Origin: an uncultured Candidatus Saccharibacteria bacterium
GTDB taxonomy: Bacteria > Patescibacteriota > Minisyncoccia > Phycocordibacterales > CSBR16-119
DNA length: 64,000 bases
NCBI GenBank assembly: GCA_964426385.1
Contig: CAYRQF010000005.1
Location: 11,738-75,737, forward strand
Direction: 5' to 3'
Below are positions 1 to 8,551 of the stretch, piece by piece (position 1 is the first letter of the stretch; each line of letters begins with the position of its first letter). The notes below the pieces were generated by a model. It worked only from the letters and a program-made list of their open reading frames with translations. It was not told where the DNA came from and did no database searches. The translations under genes and the position numbers were made by a program.

Positions 1-219
1 GATGACGAAGTCTTCTGTCGTGGCGAGTGGCGCGACGCAGATGACTGCGATGATAGTGACTCGGATAATGACGGTTCAGGAAATGGTGACGACGGAGATG
101 ACGATTCAGATTCTGACGACGATGATGATGGTTCAGATGAAGATGATGACAACTCAGGTTCAGGAAATGGGGGAAACGACGATGATGATGATAATTCAGG
201 TCACGGAGGAGGTAATTAA
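1..219 (+). CDS. 3' end of an upstream gene. In frame 1 the tail is extremely acidic and D/S/G-rich (…DSDNDGSGNGDDGDDDSDSDDDDDGSDEDDD…), ending at TAA 217-219.
   Basis: Frame 1 reads through GAT/GAC repeats to a stop at 217-219. The ORF-track frame-2 ORF (2..229) is the same repeat read out of frame. A hairpin terminator follows. Confidence 0.35.
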   Translation, partial: DDEVFCRGEWRDADDCDDSDSDNDGSGNGDDGDDDSDSDDDDDGSDEDDDNSGSGNGGNDDDDDNSGHGGGN

Positions 220-234
220 ACAGGTTTGATAGGC

Positions 235-254
235 AAAGCCCCGTAAGGGGCTTT
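235..254 (+). terminator. Putative intrinsic terminator hairpin (aaagcccc-gtaa-ggggcttt)
   Basis: 8-bp perfect stem with a GNRA-like loop, directly after stop 217-219; weak T-run. Confidence 0.45.
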
Positions 255-340
255 GTGCTATATCAGGCAATTGCACTTATCTATTGTCAATGCTAGTATG
301 GCCCCGAAACTACTGTTTCTCCACCTGACCTTTTACAACC

Positions 341-2095
341 ATGAGAATACAAACACTGGCCTTTTTGATTTGCACATTCGTGCAGTCGTTCGGCCAGTCA
401 TTCATACTGCGCCCGAACAATACCGCTACTAATCGTTTGTCGCTTCGTTCTATCGAGCTTACGAACGGCGGAGATTATGTCTGCGTCGGGGGATATCGTC
501 CTGTAATTGGCAGCCCTGATAGTGCATTCATCGCGATAGTCTCACCCGGAACCACTACGGTTATCGGAGAGGGGCTGTTCGAGACGAATACGCTGATGTG
601 GTCTGTCGCCGAGACATCGAACAACGAGTTTGTGGCTTCGGGACAAGTTGTCGGAAACCATAGCTTCGTCTGCCGGTTCAATAGTGCTGGCATTATGATC
701 TGGCGTACGGAATTGTTCGGAAGCACGGAAATAAGGAATGTAGCCGAAAGTCCTGATGGCAACATCTGGGCATGTGGGACGATATTTGGCCAAGAGATTT
801 TGGCCTGCTTGGATGCAGGAGGGAATTTCCTTTGGTCCAAGAAACCGCCATTCAGTGTCTCCTCGGTCCTCACACATCTCATGCCGGACGGCATGTCTAT
901 GCTGGTTTTTGGCACTGAGACGAATATGTTCACAGGTGATCAACAAGCATCGGTTAGGAGGTTTGATCTTGCTGGCACTGAACTGCTACACACCGCTATA
1001 GGAAATAACTCTGGCGCATCCGAGACGTTATATGACGTCATTCGATTGCCTACCGGTGGCTACGCTATAGCGACACAGTACGTCTATCCTGTTGCTCCAT
1101 TCGCTGGAAGGCAGGAGATAGGGGTCATCCGCTTGGATGCATCACTCAATTACATGCCGGCGCTCACTCGCGCTTACATAGAGACAGGCTTCAGCTTGGT
1201 GAGTCCAAGGATTGCCGCTGATGCAACAAGCCTGTACATCTTCTGCACCAAGAACTCCAACATGAATGGAGGCACGATTGCAATGAGAGTGTTGGCGTCA
1301 ACAGGCGCTGTGCAAGTAGTCCAGGGGGTCTCACGCGGTTCATCGCGCACCGGCAAGATATTGTGGAACGGGAGCAATCTCGTGATGGCCTCTATCCAAG
1401 ATCTGTCGTCTAACCTCGCGAGCCCTCCGGAAGTGCAGGCAGATATCGCATACCTCGACCCGGCGACTCTCCAGCGTACAACTTTTAGCTGTACAGTTGT
1501 ACCAACAGCACCAGACGTGAGTCTCACGACTTATTATGGAACTGTTTCTGCAACGAGCATTCCTCCTGAGGCGTGGGTTAATACATCTGTAACGGCGTCA
1601 GCTGGGCCGATGTCAACACCTACGAACTTCGCGTATGAGGACTGCAATACAGTACTTCCGATTGAGCTACTGAGCTTCACCGCTCGAGCAGTTGACGATG
1701 TGGTCGAGCTACGCTGGGTCACGGCGACCGAGCATGATAACGACTATTTCGAGATCGAACGGTCGATTGACGGATGGTCTGATTGGGGGGTGGTGGCAAA
1801 CGTCGAAGGTGTCGGGAACTCGCAGGTCCAAACGGTTTATGCGCCGGTTTACGACGAGGAACCACTACCCGGCACGAGCTACTACCGACTTCGGCAAGTG
1901 GACACGAATGGCGATGATTCGTACAGCCATGTCGAGTCGGTACACTTCGATTCGACCGCTCTCGGAACAATGGAGTACTACGATCTCTCTGGTCGTGTGG
2001 TGCCTCAGCGTGAACTCGCAACCGGTATCTACATCGAGCATCGTGTCGGTTCTGTCCGCAAGGGTAGGAAGATACTGATCGAACGTTCCGAGTGA
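341..2095 (+). CDS. Secreted protein (584 aa) with a conserved C-terminal module and a T9SS Por-secretion-tail-like end
   Basis: N-terminal signal peptide (MRIQTLAFLICTFVQSFGQSF). The C-terminal segment ELLSFTA…LRWVTATEHDNDYFEIERS…YYRLRQVDTNGD… is shared with the protein at 21997..23097. It is followed by …YYDLSGRVV…GIYIEHR…KGRKILIERSE, which resembles TIGR04183-type tails. Confidence 0.7.
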   Translation: MRIQTLAFLICTFVQSFGQSFILRPNNTATNRLSLRSIELTNGGDYVCVGGYRPVIGSPDSAFIAIVSPGTTTVIGEGLFETNTLMWSVAETSNNEFVASGQVVGNHSFVCRFNSAGIMIWRTELFGSTEIRNVAESPDGNIWACGTIFGQEILACLDAGGNFLWSKKPPFSVSSVLTHLMPDGMSMLVFGTETNMFTGDQQASVRRFDLAGTELLHTAIGNNSGASETLYDVIRLPTGGYAIATQYVYPVAPFAGRQEIGVIRLDASLNYMPALTRAYIETGFSLVSPRIAADATSLYIFCTKNSNMNGGTIAMRVLASTGAVQVVQGVSRGSSRTGKILWNGSNLVMASIQDLSSNLASPPEVQADIAYLDPATLQRTTFSCTVVPTAPDVSLTTYYGTVSATSIPPEAWVNTSVTASAGPMSTPTNFAYEDCNTVLPIELLSFTARAVDDVVELRWVTATEHDNDYFEIERSIDGWSDWGVVANVEGVGNSQVQTVYAPVYDEEPLPGTSYYRLRQVDTNGDDSYSHVESVHFDSTALGTMEYYDLSGRVVPQRELATGIYIEHRVGSVRKGRKILIERSE

Positions 2096-2330
2096 ACATA
2101 CATCTCATGGTTGAAGCCCCACTAGCAATTGCTGGTGGGGCTTTGACGTTTTGCGGAAACGGAGAGATTTGGTCAGGAATATTCGCTTCGCAAATTTCAC
2201 GACCCTGGCTCGTCTGTTTCGCTTCGCTCAACATGGCTCCGCCTTTCGAATCTCTCACGCGAGCAAAGCAGTTTACTCGCTCGTTTCCGCGAACAGAAAT
2301 GGCCCCAGATGGGGCTCATGTCTGTACTCG

Positions 2331-2417
2331 CGGAAACGGAGAGATTCGAACTCTCGATGAGATTTCTCCCATGCTGGTTTTCGAAACCAGTGCCTTCAAC
2401 CACTCAGCCACATTTCC
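2331..2417 (-). tRNA. tRNA-Ser (anticodon CGA), type II with long variable arm
   Basis: Reverse complement reads GGAAATGTGGCTGAGTGGTTGAAGGCACTGGTTTCGAAAACCAGC…GAGAGTTCGAATCTCTCCGTTTCCG. Acceptor stem 7 bp, anticodon loop TTCGAAA, long variable arm, T-arm GAGAG/CTCTC. No encoded CCA. Confidence 0.75.
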
Positions 2418-2551
2418 GTATTCACTTCGTTCTCGGAAATGTGGCTTCGTGGGCTCCCTAAAAACTTGTCTAATGACATCGCTTTTCGGTGTTTCAGCCG
2501 ATCGGAGAAAATATGAAGCAGTTCATATTTTCTAGCCACATTTCCGTAACT

Positions 2552-2637
2552 GCGGAGGGTAGGAGATTCGAACTCCTGGTGGTTTGACCCACACACGCTT
2601 TCCAAGCGTGCGCACTAGACCGCTATGCGAACCCTCC
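2552..2637 (-). tRNA. tRNA-Ser (anticodon GGA), type II
   Basis: Reverse complement reads GGAGGGTTCGCATAGCGGTCTAGTGCGCACGCTTGGAAAGCGTGTGTGGGTCAAACCACCAGGAGTTCGAATCTCCTACCCTCCG. Anticodon loop TTGGAAA, long variable arm, T-loop TTCGAAT. Confidence 0.75.
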
Positions 2638-2715
2638 AATAGGGGCAATACTATCTTATTTTATAACCTTTTTCCAGTAATTAAGTAAATAGTATTTTTC
2701 TGCTAAAATAGGTTC

Positions 2716-3126
2716 ATGCTTAAAGAATTTAAAGAGTTCGCCCTGAAGGGTAACATGATCGACCTTGCCGTAGGTATTATTATAGGTGGAGCTTTCGGTA
2801 CAGTCGTGAAATCATTAGTAGATGACGTTATTATGCCGCTTGTTTCAGGACTTCTGAAACTCCCAGACTTTAGTAATTTGTTTATCATCTTACGTAACCC
2901 TACAGGCACGGATTTTACTTCTCTTACTGCTGCACGAGAAGGAGGGGCCTCAGTACTAGCTATCGGAGCTTTCATTAATGCTTTCATTGCTTTCGCAATT
3001 GTTGCGTTTGCATTGTTTCTAGTTATAAAAGGTGTGAATAAGCTAAAGAAAAAGCAAGAAGAGGCGCCAACTGGTCCAACAGAAATTGATATTCTGAAAG
3101 AAATTAGAGACTCGCTAAAGAAATAG
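2716..3126 (+). CDS. mscL: Large-conductance mechanosensitive channel MscL
   Basis: MLKEFKEFALKGNMIDLAVGIIIGGAFG…; about 136 aa; canonical MscL N-terminus and TM1. Confidence 0.9.
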   Translation: MLKEFKEFALKGNMIDLAVGIIIGGAFGTVVKSLVDDVIMPLVSGLLKLPDFSNLFIILRNPTGTDFTSLTAAREGGASVLAIGAFINAFIAFAIVAFALFLVIKGVNKLKKKQEEAPTGPTEIDILKEIRDSLKK

Positions 3127-3146
3127 TTATTGGTAATAAAACGATA

Positions 3147-5282
3147 ATGAGAAAAATAATAACTATAATAATATTTCTAGCGCTTATTATTTCTCCGCTT
3201 CAGACTATGGCGGGAATAGTTTCTGTTGAGGCGATATCGGTTTCTTCTGCCGAAGTTTTAGGTAGTGGTCTTTCATTTTCGGCAGGGCTGACAGAGGATG
3301 GCCGTTATGTTTTGATTACTTCCGAATCCAGTAACTTGGTTTCTGGGGACACGAACGGGGTAACGGATGTTTTTCTAAGAGACAGGACCCTCGGAACGAC
3401 AGTTAGGGTAAGTGTGGGAGACGGAGAAGAAGAAGCAAACGCAGAGTCTACCTTAGGTAATGTGACTTCTGATGGTCGTTATGTTGTATTTACGTCAGAC
3501 GCTACTAATCTTGTTTCTGGAGATACAAACCTACAAACAGATTTATTTTTAAGGGACACTGTTTCAGGTTCAACAGTTAGACTAAATGTCAATTCTGATG
3601 ATGAGGAAGCTGATGCAAGTGCTTACTCTCCATTCATAACGCCAGATGGCGAATTTGCAATTTTTGCTACAGAGGCAACCAACCTGGTCCCTGGAGATAC
3701 TAATGCACAATCTGATGTCTTCATTGTTACTTTGGCAACGGGAGATATCGAGAGGGTCAGTGTGTCGTCATCTGAGGTAGAAGGCGATGATTATTCTGGA
3801 GCAGTTGGTTTTGCTTATATGTCAGCAGACGCAAGATATGTGGTTTTTGATTCGAACGCAACTAACCTTGTCGCTGGAGATACAAACGCTGCACTAGATA
3901 TTTTTGTTAGAGATCGCACGCTTGGCACAACAGAAAGGCTAAGCGTTTCTTCGTCTGAAGTCCAGGGTAACGGCGATTCTTCTTACCCGTATATCTCTTC
4001 TGACGGCCAGTTCGTATCCTTTATTTCTGACGCTACAAATCTGGTCACTGGAGACGTGAATGGAGTAACGGATGTTTTCGTTAGGGATTTAGTTTCTGGA
4101 ACAACGCAAAGAGTAAGTACAGATTCAAGTGCTACTGAAAGTAACGGGGCCTCCTCGTTCCCGTATGTTTCAGATAGCGGCCGATTCGTAGTGTTTAGTT
4201 CAGATGCTACAAATCTAGTGACAGGCGATACAAATGCTGGGGCTGATTCATTCATACACGATACTCTTTCTGGTACAACAGAAAGAATTAGTCTTACCGA
4301 AGGGGGAGTAGAGGCGACTGGTTCAAACTCGGGGCTGGCCTTGGGGATATTAACCGGGAACGGTCAGTACGTAGTTTTATCCGCTGGGTTCGATGACATA
4401 ATTTCCGGAGATTCAAACTCAACTTATGATGTGTTTCTATATGAGTTAACAGACGGTGATGGGGTCACAGCCTCAGTTGAAAGAGATGCTCCGAACAGTG
4501 GCGATGTAGATGAAAATGGGTTCATTGACTCTGTAGAGCAAAATGTTTCTTCATTCGTAAATGCTGTCTCAACAAATTATGCAAGCGTTGTTACAACTGG
4601 TGATTGTGTTAGAAATGATAGTCCAAGTGCTGTCGCAGAAAGCTCTTTGGGTGCGCAGGACAGCGGATATGACTACCCACTAGGTATAATTTCATTTGAG
4701 ATAGAGTGTCAAAACGCTGGTGAGACCGCCACAGTTTCTCTTTACTGTTTCTGTGAAAATACACCGCTCGCAGGTCTTGTTGCAAGAAAATACAACCAAG
4801 ATACCGATACTTACACAACAATTGATTCAGCTGTAATATCAGAAGTTACAATAGATGGTGATCGCGCACTTAAGATGGTTTATGATGTAGTAGACGGAGG
4901 ATCTCTTGATGAAGACGGGCTTTCAAACGGTACTATTGTCGACCCAGTCGGGTTTGCTGTAGCCGTCGCCGAAGAGTCATCTGGCGGAGGGTCATCGTCT
5001 GGAAGTCGTACCCGTAGAAGCTTAGCTGTTTCAAATAATGAGAGTGCTCCAACAAATTTTTGTCGTGCCTTCAGTACCAGCATGAAGATCGGATCGAAGT
5101 TTGGCGAAGTTGCAGAGCTTCAGAAAACTTTGAATGCGAAAGGTTTCGACTCTGGCTTGGCTGATGGTTGGTTTGGGAAATTGACTCATGCGGCCGTACA
5201 AAAATTCCAGACAGCGAACGGCTTAGTCTCTGATGGGATCGTTGGGCCGATCACCAGAAACGCTCTTAATAAGTGTAATTAA
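3147..5282 (+). CDS. Secreted surface protein (711 aa): PD40/TolB-like beta-propeller repeats, a Ca-binding-like DxDxDG loop and a C-terminal peptidoglycan-binding domain
   Basis: Signal peptide. More than 8 repeats of …DGRYVVFTSDATNLVSGDTNxxTDVFLRDR…GTTxRVSV. GDVDENGFIDSVE loop. C-terminal LQKTLNAKGFDSGLADGWFG…[21 protein letters not shown] (PG_binding_1-like). Confidence 0.8.
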   Translation: MRKIITIIIFLALIISPLQTMAGIVSVEAISVSSAEVLGSGLSFSAGLTEDGRYVLITSESSNLVSGDTNGVTDVFLRDRTLGTTVRVSVGDGEEEANAESTLGNVTSDGRYVVFTSDATNLVSGDTNLQTDLFLRDTVSGSTVRLNVNSDDEEADASAYSPFITPDGEFAIFATEATNLVPGDTNAQSDVFIVTLATGDIERVSVSSSEVEGDDYSGAVGFAYMSADARYVVFDSNATNLVAGDTNAALDIFVRDRTLGTTERLSVSSSEVQGNGDSSYPYISSDGQFVSFISDATNLVTGDVNGVTDVFVRDLVSGTTQRVSTDSSATESNGASSFPYVSDSGRFVVFSSDATNLVTGDTNAGADSFIHDTLSGTTERISLTEGGVEATGSNSGLALGILTGNGQYVVLSAGFDDIISGDSNSTYDVFLYELTDGDGVTASVERDAPNSGDVDENGFIDSVEQNVSSFVNAVSTNYASVVTTGDCVRNDSPSAVAESSLGAQDSGYDYPLGIISFEIECQNAGETATVSLYCFCENTPLAGLVARKYNQDTDTYTTIDSAVISEVTIDGDRALKMVYDVVDGGSLDEDGLSNGTIVDPVGFAVAVAEESSGGGSSSGSRTRRSLAVSNNESAPTNFCRAFSTSMKIGSKFGEVAELQKTLNAKGFDSGLADGWFGKLTHAAVQKFQTANGLVSDGIVGPITRNALNKCN

Positions 5283-5294
5283 TGCAGCAGACCC

Positions 5295-5320
5295 AAAAAA
5301 CCCGCTTCGGCGGGATTTTT
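5295..5320 (+). terminator. Intrinsic terminator (aaaaaacccgc-ttcg-gcgggattttt)
   Basis: 5-bp GC stem with UUCG-like loop, flanked by an A-run and a T-run, directly after stop 5282. TATAAT at 5322-5330 follows. Confidence 0.6.
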
Positions 5321-5422
5321 GGTATAATGGCTTTATGTTTAAATTGATAAAATTTGAATATTATCATGGCGTACTAGAGGCAAATATTTACGCCAGAACG
5401 ATGCAGATTAGCTAAAAATAAT

Positions 5423-7555
5423 ATGAAAAATATAAAATTTATAATCGCACTAACGATAATCACCATATCTCCGGTAATTTCTTTTGCACAGGTATCTGAG
5501 ATTTTGAGGGTGCCAGATAATAATATTGATAATCAGGTTGAAAACTTTGACATGACTACAGATGCCAGATATATCGTATTTGACTCATACGCGGATAGTC
5601 TTGTTGTCGGAGATGATAATGGATTAAGAGACATATTTTTATTTGATGCAACACTCGACACTCTAGAGTTAGTTAGCGGGGGTCTTTCTGGTGCAGATGC
5701 AAATAATGAATCTAGGACTCCAAGCATTTCAGACGACGGCAGATTTGTGACATTTCTTTCTTTGGCAACTAATTTAGTGGCAGGGGATACAAATGGCTTT
5801 CTTGATGTTTTCGTATACGATAGGGATCTAGATAGTATAGAGCGTGTAAGTCTCACGGATTTGGGAGGGCAAATTACAGATGGCCATGCGAGTTCAGCTC
5901 ATATATCTGGTAATGGTAGATATGTAACTTATTCTTCCGAAGGTACCGACGTAATGTCTGGCGGTGATCTAAATATCGAGGATACAGATATTTTCGTTTT
6001 CGACAGAGATCTAGATACCACAGAGCGTGTTACTGAGAATACTCTAGGAGTACAGGCAGACAACAGTTCGGATGGTCCCATCATCACACCGGATGGTCGT
6101 TATGTGACTTTTATATCAGTGGCCTCAAACCTGGCGACAGGAGACACAAACGGAGAATACGATGTATTCGTCCGTGATCGTAATACCGATATTACAGAGG
6201 CGGTTAGCATAAATGATGACGGAGATTTTTCTGCTGCAGGTTGCGATTCGTCAAGCATCTCTTCGGACGGGAGATATGTGGTATTTAGATGTGCAAATAG
6301 CTCTGACTGGGTGGAAGGATTGCCTGGTGGAATAGACGGAGTGTTTATCTATGACAGGAACACAGACAACATCTCTCTCATAAGTGTGGCTAAGGACGGT
6401 ACAGCTCCTGACGGAAACTCTTATAATCCTTTTATCTCTGGTGACGGTAGGTACGTATTATTTTCTTCGGACGCTACAAATCTAATCCCGAATGATACAA
6501 ATGCTAGAACTGATTATTTTATCAAAGACATATTAACCGGATTAATTTCAAGGATTAGTGAAAGTGCCGATGGGGTAGAGTCTGATGGTGACACTACCAA
6601 GGCTCGTACAAAACTCACAGAAAATGGAGGGTACTCTATATTTATCTCAGGCGCGACAAATTTAGTTACTGGCGATACTAATGATGTATATGACATCTTT
6701 AGGGTGAAGCTAAGTGATAACGACGGCATCTCTGATGCTGAAGAAGAGGCCGGTCCAAATAGTGGAGACGTTGATGAAGATGGTTATATTGACTCGATGG
6801 AGCATGACACAACCACACTTGAGAATTCTGTCACCAGTGACTACATGGCAATAATCTCAGAGGGAGAATGTTTCGATAATGAGGACGTATCGCTCTTACC
6901 GGAGTCGTCATTGTCCGTGCGAGACGCACAGTATAACTATCCGACAGGTGTACTCGATTTCTCGATCAATTGTAGAACTACTACAGGTGACAGCGCGGAC
7001 GTGACTATATACCTTTTTGGGGATGTGGATATTACTGGACTTGCTCTGCGAAAAGTCGGGACTGATGGAGTTTCTATGTTGGTTCCAGGTGCCTCCGTAG
7101 TAGAAACTACTGTTGATGGACAAGATGCGATAGAAATCACCTATTCGATAACCGATGGTTCGTTGTTAGATGAGGATGGACTCGTAAACGGGATAATCAT
7201 CGACCCTGTCGGATTAGCTGTCGCCGGTGCAGAAGTCGCCGAAGAGTCATCTGGCGGAGGGTCATCGTCTGGAAGTCGCACTCAAAAGAAATTGGCGATT
7301 GTCGATAGTAAAGATGATGTTGAATCAGAGTCATGTCATATTTTTGTTACGAACATGAAGATCGGTTCAAAGTTTGGCGAAGTTGTAGAACTCCAGAAAA
7401 CATTGAATGCAAATGGTTTCAATTCAGGAATTACTGACGGGCTATTTGGACCGATGACAAATACCGCTGTCAAAGCTTTTCAGGTATCGAACGGCCTCGT
7501 TTCCGACGGAATTGTGGGGCCGATTACTAGAGCGAAGTTAAATGAATGTAAATAA
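5423..7555 (+). CDS. Paralog of the 3147..5282 protein (710 aa): PD40-like propeller repeats plus a C-terminal peptidoglycan-binding domain
   Basis: Same architecture. Shares the [17 protein letters not shown] loop, an identical 42-nt stretch at the DNA level ([13 protein letters not shown] linker) and a homologous C-terminal PG-binding domain. Confidence 0.8.
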   Translation: MKNIKFIIALTIITISPVISFAQVSEILRVPDNNIDNQVENFDMTTDARYIVFDSYADSLVVGDDNGLRDIFLFDATLDTLELVSGGLSGADANNESRTPSISDDGRFVTFLSLATNLVAGDTNGFLDVFVYDRDLDSIERVSLTDLGGQITDGHASSAHISGNGRYVTYSSEGTDVMSGGDLNIEDTDIFVFDRDLDTTERVTENTLGVQADNSSDGPIITPDGRYVTFISVASNLATGDTNGEYDVFVRDRNTDITEAVSINDDGDFSAAGCDSSSISSDGRYVVFRCANSSDWVEGLPGGIDGVFIYDRNTDNISLISVAKDGTAPDGNSYNPFISGDGRYVLFSSDATNLIPNDTNARTDYFIKDILTGLISRISESADGVESDGDTTKARTKLTENGGYSIFISGATNLVTGDTNDVYDIFRVKLSDNDGISDAEEEAGPNSGDVDEDGYIDSMEHDTTTLENSVTSDYMAIISEGECFDNEDVSLLPESSLSVRDAQYNYPTGVLDFSINCRTTTGDSADVTIYLFGDVDITGLALRKVGTDGVSMLVPGASVVETTVDGQDAIEITYSITDGSLLDEDGLVNGIIIDPVGLAVAGAEVAEESSGGGSSSGSRTQKKLAIVDSKDDVESESCHIFVTNMKIGSKFGEVVELQKTLNANGFNSGITDGLFGPMTNTAVKAFQVSNGLVSDGIVGPITRAKLNECK

Positions 7556-7556
7556 T

Positions 7557-8156
7557 ATGTCTGAACTACCAAAACTAAAATATAGCTACAACGCACTGGA
7601 GCCGTATATCGACGCACAAACGATGGAAATACACCATACGAAACATCATCAAGCGTATATCGATAAATTAAACAAAGCCATTGCCGGTACCGAATGGGAA
7701 GGAAAATCTATCGAAGAAATCCTGGCAAACGTTTCAAAACTTGAGCGAGTAGTTAGAAACAATACTGGCGGACACTGGAACCATAGTTTCTTCTGGGAGA
7801 CATTGTCTCCAAACACTGGTAGTCCTGAAGGGGAATTTCTCGAGGCGATAAACCGATCTTTCGGAAGTTTCGAGGAATTTAAAACTAAATTTACAGAATC
7901 TGCGACTGGAGTGTTTGGTTCTGGCTGGATTTGGCTCGTGGTCCAAGACGGCGAGCTGAAGATCGTTATTACACCACTCCAAGACAACCCGCTCATGGAT
8001 GATGCTCCCGAAAAAGGAGTGCCGATACTAGGACTAGACGTCTGGGAACACGCGTATTATCTCAAATACCAGAACAAGCGCCCTGATTATATTGCGGCAT
8101 TCTGGAATGTTGTTGATTGGAATGAAGTCGGAAAGAAATTCCTGGGTGCAAATTAA
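7557..8156 (+). CDS. sodA: Fe/Mn superoxide dismutase
   Basis: [35 protein letters not shown]…DVWEHAYY. The ORF-track start at 7542 overlaps the upstream stop; the canonical Met is at 7557. Confidence 0.9.
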   Translation: MSELPKLKYSYNALEPYIDAQTMEIHHTKHHQAYIDKLNKAIAGTEWEGKSIEEILANVSKLERVVRNNTGGHWNHSFFWETLSPNTGSPEGEFLEAINRSFGSFEEFKTKFTESATGVFGSGWIWLVVQDGELKIVITPLQDNPLMDDAPEKGVPILGLDVWEHAYYLKYQNKRPDYIAAFWNVVDWNEVGKKFLGAN

Positions 8157-8158
8157 AT

Positions 8159-8551
8159 ATGGATATCGAAGAAAGAAAAAATAAACTGACGAAAAGGGAA
8201 TATATTGTTACTCAGAAAAAGGGAACGGAGACCGCTTTTACTGGCGAGCATTGGGATAGGCGAGAAGAAGGAGGCTATTTCTGCAAAGTCTGCGAGCAGA
8301 AGCTTTTCACATCTGACACGAAGCTTGATTCTAGTCAGGGTCCTTTGGGATTGCGGGGCTGGCCCGCGTTTGATCAGGCGATCCCTGGAACTGTAGAATA
8401 TGTGGACGATGATAAGTATGGCATGCAACGCATAGAAGCAGTTTGTTCGAAGTGTAGAGCGCACCTCGGGCATATTTTTAATGATGAGGATACTAAGACG
8501 GGTAAACATTTGTGCATCAACTCCTGCTCACTAGATTTTAAAGCAAAATGA
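8159..8551 (+). CDS. msrB: Peptide-methionine (R)-S-oxide reductase MsrB
   Basis: CxxC…CxxC zinc motif, RGWPAF and HLGHIFNDE motifs. Confidence 0.9.
   Translation: MDIEERKNKLTKREYIVTQKKGTETAFTGEHWDRREEGGYFCKVCEQKLFTSDTKLDSSQGPLGLRGWPAFDQAIPGTVEYVDDDKYGMQRIEAVCSKCRAHLGHIFNDEDTKTGKHLCINSCSLDFKAK

Noticed and set aside
2-229. Frame-2 ORF (M/T/Q-rich 75 aa) at the window start
   Set aside because: It is the same GAT/GAC repeat read out of frame. Frame 1 gives a coherent acidic tail ending at a stop followed by a terminator hairpin.
2092-2605. ORF-track ORFs 2092..2535 (+), 2151..2360 (+), 2197..2403 (-), 2396..2605 (-)
   Set aside because: They overlap two tRNA-Ser genes and tRNA-fragment repeats, and their composition is not protein-like. 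The region is RNA genes plus rearrangement scars.
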